Positions 1-10,494 of a stretch of DNA of 64,000 bases are shown here, piece by piece. Position numbers and translations under genes: made by a program. The stretch comes from an uncultured delta proteobacterium (GTDB lineage Bacteria; Desulfobacterota; Binatia; UBA9968): contig CAVYTU010000011.1 in NCBI GenBank assembly GCA_963771465.1, positions 96,001-160,000 of the forward strand, read 5' to 3'. Position 1 is the stretch's first letter, and every line of letters starts with the position of its first letter. The notes below the pieces were generated by a model that worked only from the letters and a program-made list of their open reading frames with translations, ran no database searches and was not told the DNA's origin.

Positions 1-330
1 GGTCGCATTCTTGGCCGCCAGGATCGGCCCGACCCCTCCTGCTACCACGATGATATCAACCTTGAGACGCACCAGCTCGGCCGCAAGCTCAGGGAGCCGA
101 TCGAGCTTCCCCTCGGCATATCGGTACTCGGTGGCGATGTTCTGTCCTTCGATGTAGCCACGCTCGCGCAGAGCCAGCCGAATTGCCTCGGCACGGGTGG
201 ACTCAGTAGCTGGATCGCCCGCCGATAGATACCCTATCCGCGGGACTTTCTTCGGCTGCTGCGCCCGAGCTGGAAAGGGAAGAGCCAAGAGCATCGAGCA
301 AAAAACTCGCCGAGTGATTTTTTTGTGCAT
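1..330 (-). CDS. ABC transporter substrate-binding protein (ABC_sub_bind/TrpX-like), 5' part; runs off window edge
   Basis: Manual translation from ATG 330: MHKKITRRVFCSMLLALPFPARAQQPKKVPRIGYL...EYRYAEGKLDRLPELAAELVRLKVDIIVVAGG, open to position 1. Confidence 0.85.
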   Translation of the reverse strand, partial: MHKKITRRVFCSMLLALPFPARAQQPKKVPRIGYLSAGDPATESTRAEAIRLALRERGYIEGQNIATEYRYAEGKLDRLPELAAELVRLKVDIIVVAGGVGPILAAKNAT

Positions 331-343
331 GGGGTTTCTCTTG

Positions 344-381
344 CCCTCACCCTAACCCTCTCCCACTTCGTGGGCGAGGGA
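344..381. repeat. REP-like palindrome CCCTCACCCTAACCCTCTCCCAC-TTC-GTGGGCGAGGGA
   Basis: Hairpin; identical copy at 1437-1474. Confidence 0.8.
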
Positions 382-431
382 ATAAATTAAATCGAAATAT
401 TTTTTATCGCCTAACGCCAGGCGTCTTTATT

Positions 432-1422
432 TCACTTAATCAACTTGGTCGCACGCGCCAGCAACTCCGGCGGAATCGTCAGGCCGATTTTCTTAGCGGT
501 CTGAAGGTTGATGACGAATTCAAACTTCATCGGCTGCTCACCGGCAGATCGGCGGGCTTGGCTCCCTTCAGGATTCTATCCACGTAGTATGCGACGCGCC
601 GGTAGCTCTCCGCGTGGTCCGCCCCGTAGTACATGAGCCCACCGGCATCTACAGCTTCTCTGTTGCTGTACATCGACGGTAACCGGCTCTTTAACGCAAA
701 GCCGACGGTCCGTTTTTGGTTAGCAAACATTAGCGCGCCCCCGAGCACGTAGAGTCCATCCGGGCGCTGCTTGTTTAGCGCAGCGAATACCCTCTCGAAA
801 TCGTCCGCGGCTCGTACCTCCCAAGGTTGAAGAGTCAACTTCAGCGCACGCGCCGCGACTGGGAGAACTTCTTTCACCTCGAGTACACGGGCCGGATTGG
901 CCGGATCGTAGAGAACCGCGACACGGGCAAGCTTTCGGAACGGCTTCTTTGAGCAGCTCCAGCCGCTTCCCGCCTAGTTCTCTGCTAAGGGTTGTAATGC
1001 CGGTGACGTTGCCGCCGGGACGGGCAAGGCTTTCAACAAAGCCTGCCTCGACAGGATCGATGCCACGCGCCCATCATAACGATGGGAATCGTCTTGGTAG
1101 CATTCTTGGCCGCCCGGATCGGTGCGTCCCTCCTGCTACCACATGATATCAACCTTGAGACGCACCAGCTCGGCGGCAAGCTCAGGGAGCCGATCGAGCT
1201 TCCCCTCCGCATATCGGTACTCGGTGGCGATGTTCTGTCCTTCTATGTAGCCACGCTCGCGCAGAGCCAGCCGAATTGCCTCGGCACGGGCGGAGTCACT
1301 AGCCGGATCGACCCCGATAGATACCCTATCCGCGGGACTTTCTTCGGCTGCTGCGCCCGAGCTGGAAAGGGAAGAGCCAAGAGCATCGAGCAAAAAGCTC
1401 GCCGAGTGATTTTTTTGTGCAT
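432..1422 (-). pseudogene. ABC transporter substrate-binding protein (same family), multiply frameshifted; possibly sequencing errors
   Basis: ORF pieces 1243-1443, 1136-1393 and 527-877 ([22 protein letters not shown]); C-terminus ...ATKLIK TGA at 432; 5' end near-identical to the copy at 1-330. Confidence 0.8.
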
Positions 1423-1436
1423 GGGGTTTCTCGTTG

Positions 1437-1474
1437 CCCTCACCCTAACCCTCTCCCACTTCGTGGGCGAGGGA
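1437..1474. repeat. REP-like palindrome, second copy
   Basis: Identical to 344-381. Confidence 0.8.
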
Positions 1475-1494
1475 AACGACTTCGATGGTGGAAG

Positions 1495-2496
1495 TTACGG
1501 AATCTTGTAGCCCATTTCTTTTGCGACTTCGGTGGCGAGGCGGTCGTCGGCGATTTCATTGAATGCAACTTTGCGGTCGACGAAGCGGCCTTGGGATTGC
1601 ACTGACTTCACCAAGATATCCATGCCGACGCGGGTGGGAATGCCGCTTGGACTGAGCGTGGTTAGGAATTGATCGTAGGTTTCGTTGGCCGCTTCGCGGT
1701 CCATTCTTAATAGTTTGATGATCAGCTCGACGGTTCTTGGCTTGTTCTTGCGGATTTCTTCTTTGGCGACTTGTAGCGAGCGGATGACGCGTTTGGTTTC
1801 CACCGGCCGTTCTTGAATCGTTCTCGCCAAGGTAGTCAAGCCGCCGCCCGGCATTTCCACCATCGCGCCGACGTCGAGAATTTTATTGAAGCCCTTTTTC
1901 TGCGCGCCGAAGGTCACCGGCGGAGACAACACGGCGGCGTCGACGTAGCCGGCTTCCAAGGAAATCAGTTGTTGAATTTGCTGTCCGCCGATGGACACCA
2001 AAACAAAATCTCTGGGATTGGCGCCGGCCTTTTCCACGGCCATGTTAAATGCCACGTGTACCGTGCCGCCGAGGCCGGTCACCGAAACCTTTTTTTGCTT
2101 GAGGCTTTCGAGAGTTTTGTACTGCGGTTTGGCCATGAGCCAGTAGGAGATGCGGTCGGAGGAGAACCAGATCGCGCGGGTGGCGAAACCGCTCATGGTG
2201 GCGTTCACCGACGCCGGGCCGACGCCGGCTTGATAGTCGATATCGCCTTGAGTCAGCGCCGCCGGCACCAAGGCGGACTGCATGAGGATGACTTCCATAT
2301 CCAAATTGTTGGCGTTGAAGATGCCCCATTCCTTGGCGGCGAGCAGCGGCAAGGCGGTGATGGTGAAGCCGGCGTTTGATATGCGGCTCTTGGTGCGCCG
2401 CTCCTGAGCATGGGTTGAACCCGCGCCAATTGCTATAGACGTGATCAGCGAGGTCGCAAACAACGCCGAGTTGAGGCGAAGGAATAATCGGTTCAT
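1495..2496 (-). CDS. NitT/TauT (NMT1/SsuA-like) ABC substrate-binding protein
   Basis: Signal peptide; LPLLAAKEWGIF...LDMEVI, ALTQGDID, GYVDAAVLSPP motifs. Confidence 0.85.
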   Translation of the reverse strand: MNRLFLRLNSALFATSLITSIAIGAGSTHAQERRTKSRISNAGFTITALPLLAAKEWGIFNANNLDMEVILMQSALVPAALTQGDIDYQAGVGPASVNATMSGFATRAIWFSSDRISYWLMAKPQYKTLESLKQKKVSVTGLGGTVHVAFNMAVEKAGANPRDFVLVSIGGQQIQQLISLEAGYVDAAVLSPPVTFGAQKKGFNKILDVGAMVEMPGGGLTTLARTIQERPVETKRVIRSLQVAKEEIRKNKPRTVELIIKLLRMDREAANETYDQFLTTLSPSGIPTRVGMDILVKSVQSQGRFVDRKVAFNEIADDRLATEVAKEMGYKIP

Positions 2497-2629
2497 TGTT
2501 TACTCCCTGGGTTACGGGCCAAGCCATCTTACTAGCATTGCGACTACTTACGCTATATCACTGTTGCTTGACAACATTTTCGTTCCTTGAAAATATCGCC
2601 AAACCGTCCCCAGGAAAAAACCCATCTCC

Positions 2630-4390
2630 ATGAACCAAGCAGCTGCGCCAACCGCCTCTGAGAAAGTGCAAGTCGATCCGATCACCTTGGAAGTGATTCG
2701 TCATGGGATCATTTCGATCTGTGACCAGATCGACGCCAACATGACGCGCACGGCGTTTAGCCCGTACATTTACGAGTACAAAGATTACGCTGTCGGCTTT
2801 GTCAGCGCGGCGGGAGAATTACTCGCCCAATCCACCGGCGGCATGCCGGTGTTCGTCGCCGACTCGGTGGGGGCGGCGGTGAAAGATGGCTTGGCGGTTT
2901 ACGGCCGCGACAATCTCAACAAAGGCGACGTCATCGTCTGCAACCACGCGGCGATTCAAGGCCAGCATTTGAACAACACGGTCATGTACACTCCCGTGTT
3001 CGCCGGGCCCGGCGCTGACGAGTTGATCGGTTTCTTCGCCGTCAACTGCCACTGGATCGACATCGGCGGCTCGGCGATCGGCTCGGTGTCCTATTCTTCC
3101 ACCGACATTTTCATGGAAGGTTTGCAACTCCGTTCGATCAAGTTGTGGTCCAAGGGCGAACCCAACGAAGAAGTCTACCGGATCATCGAGAACAACACCC
3201 GTTTCCCACTGGAATTACTGGGCGACATCGAAGCGCAGTTGGGCGGCTGTTTCTTGGGCCGCGATCTCACCCAGGCGATGGCCGACAAGTACGCCCAAAA
3301 ATATTTCTCGGCACGCTCGATAGGATTCTCGACCAATGCGAAGCGGCGACGCGGGAAAAGATTCGCGCGATTCCCGACGGCGTTTACCAGCATGAAGCGT
3401 TTCTCGACAACGACGGCGTGCGCGATGAGAAGATTCCCATTCGCGTCAAAGTGATCGTCGCCGGTGACGAGCTGACCGTCGATTTCAGTGAAATGTCGCC
3501 GCAAGTGAAGGGCTGTATCAACTCCGGTTTCTACGGTGGCGGACGCACCTGCGTGCGGGTCGCGTTTAAATATTTGATCGCCACTGACGAGCCCGCCAAC
3601 GAGGGAACGTTTAGGCCGGTGAAAATGATTTTGCCCGAAGGCAAGTTGATCAGCGCCGAAGCGACCGCGGCGATGGGTTTGTACAGCATCCCTTTTCCAA
3701 CGGTTATCGATTGCATCATCAAAGCTTTAGAGCCAGCGCTGCCTGAGCAAGTCACCGGCGCGCACTTCGGCACGTTTTCGTCACTCAGTTTCGCCGGCAA
3801 ACGGCAGGACAGCGGCGCGGTGTTCAAAGCCAATGACAGCGGCCACGGCGGCTGGGGCGCCTGCGCGACCCACGACGGCGCCGGACCGTTTCGCACCATG
3901 GCGCACGGCGACACGCGGCTGATCCCCATCGAGCTGCAAGAGTCGATGTACCCGTTCCGCGTCGAAGAATTCCGTCTGCGCCAAGATTCCGGCGGCGCGG
4001 GCAAATGGCGCGGCGGATTGGGTTTCGACAAGCAATATGTTTTGCTCGCGCCCTGCGAGCTGTGGGCCAACTTCGATCGCATCGGCTGTCCGCCCTGGGG
4101 CGTGCAAGGGGCGAAGGAAGGCAAGTCGGGCCAGGTGCTGATCACCAAGAACGGCGCGAGCGAAGCCCGAGCTGCTTTACAAAACGGAAAATCGACCATT
4201 GCAGGCGGGCGACCGCGTGCGCATGTCTACCGGCGGTGGCGGTGGTTACGGTGATCCACGCGAGCGGCCTGTTGAGTTGGTTCAGCGCGATGTGACTCGT
4301 GGCTTCGTTTCAATTGACAGCGCGCGCGATAATTACGGCGTCGTGATCGGTGCGGATGGGAAAGCGTCGCGAAGAAAGGATAAGGGATAA
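2630..4390 (+). CDS. Hydantoinase B/oxoprolinase family protein (two frameshifts, near 3296 and 4178)
   Basis: VDPITLEVI, RTAFSP, HWIDIGG, DSGGAGKWRGG and TGGGGGYGDP spread over ORFs 2630-3454, 3145-4254 and 4199-4390. Confidence 0.85.
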
Positions 4391-4464
4391 AGTCAGAAGG
4401 ATAAAATCGCAACAGCGACTCTCTTACGCTTTCTTAGCCTTTATCCCTCACATCCTTCATCCTT
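4376..4464. repeat. Heptamer tandem-repeat palindrome (AGGATAA / TTATCC, TCATCC)
   Basis: aggataagggataaa...aggataaa facing ctttatccc...catccttcatcctt. Confidence 0.6.
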
Positions 4465-4472
4465 GCCGAACT

Positions 4473-6525
4473 ATGAGCTACGCCATCGCCGTCGATATTG
4501 GCGGCACGTTTACCGATCTTGTCGCTTTCGATCACGAGACGCAAAAAGTTATCTATTCCAAAAGCCCGACCACCTACGACAATCTGGTCGAGGGAATTCT
4601 CGACTGTTTTCATAAAGCGAAGATCAAGCCGGCGGATGCGTCGCTGGTGAACCACGGCACGACGCTGGTGATCAATTCCCTAATCCAACGCAAGGGCGCC
4701 AAGACCGCGCTGGTCACGAGCAAAGGCTTTCGCGACATTCTGGAAATCGCCCGCGGCAACCGGCCCGATCCCTTCGATCTGTACTATCAGCGCGACGAGC
4801 CATTGATTCCGCGCGAGCTGCGCCTCGAAGTCCCTGAGCGTATGGGCAGCAAGGGCGAAGTGATCACGCCGCTCGATACACCGGCATTGGAAAAACTCGC
4901 CGGCGAAATCAAAAAACTTGGCGCCGAATCGGTGGCGGTTTTTTTCATGAACTCTTACATCAATCCAGTGCACGAAGAGGCGGCCGCCGAGACCTTGCGC
5001 GAACTTCTGCCGGACACCTATGTGACCTTCAGCACCGAGCTGACGCGCGAATGGTACGAGTACGAGCGTTGTTCCACCGTGGCCGCTAACGCTTACATCG
5101 GGCCGCAGGTGAGCACTTACATTCGCCGCTTGGACAACGATTTTAAGCAGCAAGGATTTGGCGGTTCGTTATTCATGATGGGATCCAACGGCGGACTGCT
5201 TTCGACCGATCGCACTTGCCGCCAGCCGATTGGTCTAGTCGAGTCCGGTCCCATCGGCGGCTGCATCGGCGCCAGCGCCTACGCGGAAAAACTTGGGATT
5301 CAAAAACCTCGTCGCCTTCGACATGGGCGGCACCACGGCGAAATGCGCGCTGGTGGAGAACGGCCGCTTCTCAGTCAATTCGCTTTACTACGCCAACGGC
5401 TACGTCAAAGGATTTCCGATTAAATCAGCCGTCATCGATATCGTCGAGGTGGGCTCCGGCGGCGGTTCCATCGCTTGGCTCGATTCGCAAAAGCGTTTGC
5501 ACGTCGGGCCGCAAAGCGCAGGATCGACTCCTGGACCCGTGTGCTACGGTCGTGGCGGCACCGAGCCGACCGTGACCGATGCCAACTTGGTTCTCGGTCG
5601 TCTCAATCCCGCCAATTTTCTCGGCGGCGAGATGCAGCTCGACGTGAGCGCGGCGGAGCGCGCCATCGCCGAGCGCATCGCCACGCCGCTCGGTTACGCG
5701 GGTGAAGGCGGCATGGTGCAGATGGCCGATGGAATTATTTCCATCGCCACCGTGATTATGGCGGGGGCGATTCGTAAAGTTTCCGTCGAGCATGGCCTCG
5801 ATCCGCGCGATTTTATTCTTTTCAGTTACGGCGGCGGCGGGCCGCTGCATTCCTCGGCGCTGGCCCATGAGCTGTCGATCCCAACCGTTGTCATTCCCCC
5901 CGAGCCGGGAAACTTTTCCGCCATCGGCATGCTGCTCGCTGACGCGCGCATCGATACCTCGAAGACCTTCGTCGGCATTCTCGACGACAAGTCGGTGCCC
6001 AAGATGGCCGAGACTTTCGCGACGCTGGAGCAGGAAGCGCAGACCGCGCTGGCGAGCGAGTTCGGCACCAGCGATGTGTTTTTCGAACGGCACGCCGAGA
6101 TGCGTTACCGCGGCCAGCGCCATAACATCAAAGTTCCAGTGTCAGGATTGAAGGATCGAGAAGCGATCCGCGCCGCCTTCGAGCGCGACTACAAGCGGCG
6201 CTACGGCCACGCCGACGCCAAGGCGCCGGCGGAATTTCAAGCGCTACACTTATCCGCCTTCGCGCGCTTGAAGCAGCCCGACGTCGCGCGCCTACCGCGC
6301 GCGGCGACACCAGCGGAAACGGCGCAGACGCGGCGAGTCTACATCGGCAATGCCGGCGGTTGGCTCGATGCGAAGATTTATCATCGCGACGCGCTGGAAC
6401 CAGGATTGAGTTCAGCCGGGCCGGCGGTGATCGAAGAATACGGCTCGACGACTGTGGTGTGGCCGGGCGATAGGTTTGAGATCGGCGCGCTGCGCGAGAT
6501 TAGGATTTCTTGTGCGCCGAAGTAA
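4473..6525 (+). CDS. Hydantoinase A/oxoprolinase family protein (frameshift near 5293)
   Basis: AVDIGGTFTD, HGTT, ESGP, DMGGTT, GPQSAGSTPGPVCYGRGG. Confidence 0.88.
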
Positions 6526-6782
6526 GTTTCGTTCCCACTAACAATTGCTGTCATTCCCGCGCGCGCGAAAATTCAGGTTCTGTCGTCATCTGGATGGCGG
6601 TTTTCATCGGCCGGACGAATTTTACGGCGTTCCTTTACTTATCGCCCAATCCCTTTACGACACGAGCGGAATTAAATCCTTCGCAACTAAACCTTGACGC
6701 TTGCCAGCTCCACGTACTAATTACCGGAGCAAGCGAGCAGCGTGAAATTGCTCAAGCCAACAAGGACAAGGAACAAATCGCT

Positions 6783-9014
6783 ATGGCTGAATTCAAAGTG
6801 ATCGGTACCGCGGTGCCGCGCGGCGAGGGTAAGAACAAAGTGAGCGGGGAGACGGTTTACGCCGCCGACTTAAAGTTGCCGAATTTACTCTGGGCGAAGA
6901 TTTTGCGCAGTCCCCATCCCCATGCGCGCATTGGCCGGGTCGATGTTTCGAAAGCTCTGAAAGTTCCCGGCGTGCGTGCGATTATCACCGGGGAAGACGT
7001 GAAAGGCCATCTGATCGGCAAGCAGATTCGCGATCTGCCGGTGCTGTGCTGGGATAAAGCGCGTTTTGTCGGTGATCGGGTTGCCGCGGTGGCCGCGGAG
7101 ACGGTCGATGCGGCGGAAGAGGCGGTTCACTTGATCGAAGTCGATTATGAAATTCTTCCCGCCGTGTTCGATCCGCTCGAAGCGATGGCACCGGGCGCGC
7201 CGCTGCTCCATGACAACGTTGCCGAGTATGACGGCGCGCCGAAAAATATTCTCGCCGCCGACCTGCGCAACGGCTTGACCCGGTTGGCGTGGAAGAAAGG
7301 AAATATCGAGCAAGGCTTCCGCGACGCCGATCTAGTTTTCGAACATACCTTCAACGTGCCGGCGCGCCATCAGGGTTACCTCGAACCGCACGCGGCGACT
7401 GTCGCCATTGAACCTGACGGCCACGTTCAAGTCTGGGCTTCGGTGAAAAATCCTTTCGGCGTGCGCAGCCAATTATCCAAGTGCTTGAGCTTGCCCGAAG
7501 CGCGCATCCGCATGAACGTGGTCAACGTCGGCGGCGAGTTTGGCGGCAAGGGCGACGGGGTGGATTTACCGATTCTCTACTTTCTCGCGCAGAAGTCCGG
7601 TCAGGCGGTGAAGATCGTCATGACCTACGCCGAAGAATTATCGGCGAGCAATCCGGCGCACCCGACGGTGATCACGATCAAAAGCGGTGTAAAGCGCGAT
7701 GGCACGATCGTCGCGCGCAAAATGCGCGCGCTGCACGCCAGCGGCGGCTACGGCGCGCTCAAGTCCAACACCTCATTGGCGACTTGGCACTACGCCGGCG
7801 GCCAGTATCGCATCGAGCACGCTGACGTCGAGTTCATGCAGATTTACACCAACACGGTTCCCGGCGGTTACTACCGCAGCCCCGGCGCGGTGGCGACGGC
7901 GTTCGCGGTGGATTGCCACACGGACATCATCGCTAAAGAATTAAAGATGGATCCGGCCGAGTTTCGCCTAAAGAATTTTCTCAGCGAAGGCGAAACCGAC
8001 GCTGTCGGTCAAGAACTAAAGGACGTGCGCTTTCGCGAGGTGTTGCAAGGCGCGCTCGATGCCGCCGGTTGGAAAAAACCGAAGAAGCGCAATCACGGCC
8101 GCGGTATCGCGCTCTCGGGCCGCCATATCAGCGGCGGCGACACCGGCGTGATTCTTAGCGCCGAGGCAGATGGCAGTTATTTAATTATCAGCCCAAGCAT
8201 CGATCAAGGCTCGGGCACGCATACCATCTTGCGCCAACTTGTCGCCGATCGAATGAAAGCCGGTATCGATCAGGTTCGCGTCGTCATTGGCGACACCGAC
8301 ACGGCGCCGCGCGACGGCGGCATGCGCGCTAGCCGCATGACCTATGTGGCCGGCAACGCCATGGTCAAAGCTTGCGACCAGCTGCGCGACAAATTATTCG
8401 ACCAAGCGGCGCGCATGTTGGAAAGCCGCACGGTTGAAATTGACTTCGACGGCGGCAAGTTTTCGCTACGCCAAGATCCGGGGCAACACGTGCCGCTGCC
8501 TCGTGTCGTCGCGCAAACGACGGAGCCGCTGCAAGTCACCGTCTATGAAGACTATCGCGCGCCCGACGAGTTTTCTTACATCTGCGCTCAAGTCGCTGAA
8601 GTCGAAGTTGATCCGGAAACCGGCGCGGTCAAACTGCATCGCATGGTGACCGCGCATGATGTCGGCACGATCATCAACCCGACGGCGCACCAGGGTCAGA
8701 TCGACGGCGCCGCGGTGATGGGCGTCGGCCAGGGATTGATGGAAGAGATTGTCATCGATCAAGGCCGGGTAACGAATAATAATCTCGGTGATTACAAGCT
8801 GCCGTCAATCGCCGATCTGTTCGAATTGAAAACAGTGTTAGTGGCGTCGGCAGGCGGCGTCGGCCCGCACAACGCCAAACCGATTGGCGAATTCGCCAAC
8901 AACGCGCCACCGGCGGCGATCGCCAATGCGATTGCCGATGCCGTCGGCGTACGGCTCTTCGATCTGCCGGTGAAGCCGGAGCGGATTTACCAGGCGTTGA
9001 GAGAAAAGCGTTGA
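6783..9014 (+). CDS. Xanthine dehydrogenase family molybdopterin-binding subunit
   Basis: LRSPHPHARI, YLEPHA, GGEFGGKG, DQGSG, AEVEVDPETG, GQIDG, KPIGE; ATG at 6783. Confidence 0.92.
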   Translation: MAEFKVIGTAVPRGEGKNKVSGETVYAADLKLPNLLWAKILRSPHPHARIGRVDVSKALKVPGVRAIITGEDVKGHLIGKQIRDLPVLCWDKARFVGDRVAAVAAETVDAAEEAVHLIEVDYEILPAVFDPLEAMAPGAPLLHDNVAEYDGAPKNILAADLRNGLTRLAWKKGNIEQGFRDADLVFEHTFNVPARHQGYLEPHAATVAIEPDGHVQVWASVKNPFGVRSQLSKCLSLPEARIRMNVVNVGGEFGGKGDGVDLPILYFLAQKSGQAVKIVMTYAEELSASNPAHPTVITIKSGVKRDGTIVARKMRALHASGGYGALKSNTSLATWHYAGGQYRIEHADVEFMQIYTNTVPGGYYRSPGAVATAFAVDCHTDIIAKELKMDPAEFRLKNFLSEGETDAVGQELKDVRFREVLQGALDAAGWKKPKKRNHGRGIALSGRHISGGDTGVILSAEADGSYLIISPSIDQGSGTHTILRQLVADRMKAGIDQVRVVIGDTDTAPRDGGMRASRMTYVAGNAMVKACDQLRDKLFDQAARMLESRTVEIDFDGGKFSLRQDPGQHVPLPRVVAQTTEPLQVTVYEDYRAPDEFSYICAQVAEVEVDPETGAVKLHRMVTAHDVGTIINPTAHQGQIDGAAVMGVGQGLMEEIVIDQGRVTNNNLGDYKLPSIADLFELKTVLVASAGGVGPHNAKPIGEFANNAPPAAIANAIADAVGVRLFDLPVKPERIYQALREKR

Positions 9015-9065
9015 GCGTGAAGAGCTGATTGAGATATCAATCATTCGAGGAGCGGGAGTGAAAAT

Positions 9066-9150
9066 ACGCAAAGGGCGCAAAAAGAAATCGGCTTCGCAAG
9101 GGCGCAGCATGCTGCGCCCTGCTTTTTTGCGATCTCTGCGTTGTTTGCGG
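9066..9150. repeat. CGCAAAG-type 9-mer repeat palindrome between convergent genes; possible terminator
   Basis: acgcaaagggcgcaaaaag facing ttttgcgatctctgcgttgtttgcgg. Confidence 0.55.
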
Positions 9151-9161
9151 CTAAGACGTTT

Positions 9162-10319
9162 TTATGCCGGCACGAGCTCCGGATCGACGGGGTATTCGGA
9201 TAGGATTTCAGCGCCGTCTTGGGTGACGCGCAGCAAGTGTTCGAGCTTGACCGGGTAATGATTGATCTCGCAGGCGACGATCATGTTTTCTTCCAGCGAG
9301 ATCATGTATTTCTCCGGGTCACCGCCGCGCAGCCAGGGTGATTCGTAAATGCACAGGCCGACGCCGTGAAAGCCGTCGAAGCCGAGCAATCTATTGGTCG
9401 CGCCTTTGCCGAAGCGGTCGAATGCTTCGGCGCATGAGCCTGGCTTCACCAACTGCACCGCTTCTTGCAGCGAGTGATAGGCTTCCTTGTAGCGTTGTTT
9501 GGTTTCCGCGGTGGGCGCGCCGTGGCTGAAGGTGCGGGCGAAGTCGCTGTAGTAGCCGCCCGGGCCGGCGACGGTGGCGTCGCAGATCACCAAATCGCCG
9601 TCGCGCACCACCAGATCGGCGCCCATGGGCTCGTTGTGCGGCCGGCTGTCGGCGAGGGAGGAATCGTAGATCGAAATAAACTCACTGCCGGCTTCAAAAC
9701 CTTGGTCCATCAAATAGTCGAGCATGATGCGGCTTAACTTATCTTCGGGCGGATCGGCTTTGCGCAATGCTTCGCGCACGAGATCGTAGCCGCGCGCTTT
9801 GGCTTTGGTCGTCCAGCGGATCAGTTGCAATTCGTCGGTGGTTTTGACCACCCGCGCCTGGTGGATCGCCGGGCAACCGTCGACCAAATTGATTCCTGCG
9901 CCTTTCAAGCCATCGATCGCGGTGAGATTCAAATAATCGACGCCGATCCGCTCGCCGACCGCGCCCAACTCTTTCAGACCGGCGACCGCTTGAGCGACGA
10001 AATCTTCGGTGGCAATCGGCGGGCGCATGGCGAACATGTAGGCGTCGAAGCGCAGACTACGATAGTCGCTCTTGCGCGACAGTTCGCGCTGGCAAACGAT
10101 CGGCTCGCCTTGGGCGGGAATCAACGCGAAACGCTGGATGCCAGTGGCGCGCAGGCCGAGCATCATGACGGTATTGGTCGCGTAGCGCACGTTCAAAAAA
10201 TCGCTGAGCAAGAGCGCGCCGAGTCTTTCTCTCTTCATCTCGCCTTGGAGTCGAGCCAGGCGCTCGTGTTTCAGCCGCACCATGTCGACGCCGAACGGAG
10301 TTAGATCAGGGTAGAACAT
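9162..10319 (-). CDS. M24 (Xaa-Pro/creatinase-like) metallopeptidase family protein
   Basis: NVRYAT, RVVKTTDE, D..GYYSDFART, HGVG, final two Glu ligands. Confidence 0.85.
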   Translation of the reverse strand: MFYPDLTPFGVDMVRLKHERLARLQGEMKRERLGALLLSDFLNVRYATNTVMMLGLRATGIQRFALIPAQGEPIVCQRELSRKSDYRSLRFDAYMFAMRPPIATEDFVAQAVAGLKELGAVGERIGVDYLNLTAIDGLKGAGINLVDGCPAIHQARVVKTTDELQLIRWTTKAKARGYDLVREALRKADPPEDKLSRIMLDYLMDQGFEAGSEFISIYDSSLADSRPHNEPMGADLVVRDGDLVICDATVAGPGGYYSDFARTFSHGAPTAETKQRYKEAYHSLQEAVQLVKPGSCAEAFDRFGKGATNRLLGFDGFHGVGLCIYESPWLRGGDPEKYMISLEENMIVACEINHYPVKLEHLLRVTQDGAEILSEYPVDPELVPA

Positions 10320-10494
10320 TTTTTTTCTCCTTTGATTTTGCCGTTGGTATCGGCAATCTGTTGTAGAGTCAAGGCGGCTTACGCCGCTTAGAGTCTAGGG
10401 TCGGTTATTCAACTCTTGACGCTAAACTCCAGACGTTGAACTTCGCGCTGCCTTGACTTTTAGCCCCGATTCAGTTTGCTAGTAGTCAGATGAG

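Noticed and set aside
409-415. GCCTAAC as another attC inverse core
   Set aside because: No L boxes or matching GTTRRRY partner could be seen at a suitable distance.
6549-6620. Degenerate GTCATTCCCGC-type REP pair
   Set aside because: The arms are too eroded to support confidently.
6510-6782. Long N-terminal extensions given by the ORF track (also at 4350, 15656, 31475 and 45003)
   Set aside because: Family similarity and better start signals begin at downstream ATGs; the extensions run through intergenic repeats or neighbouring genes.
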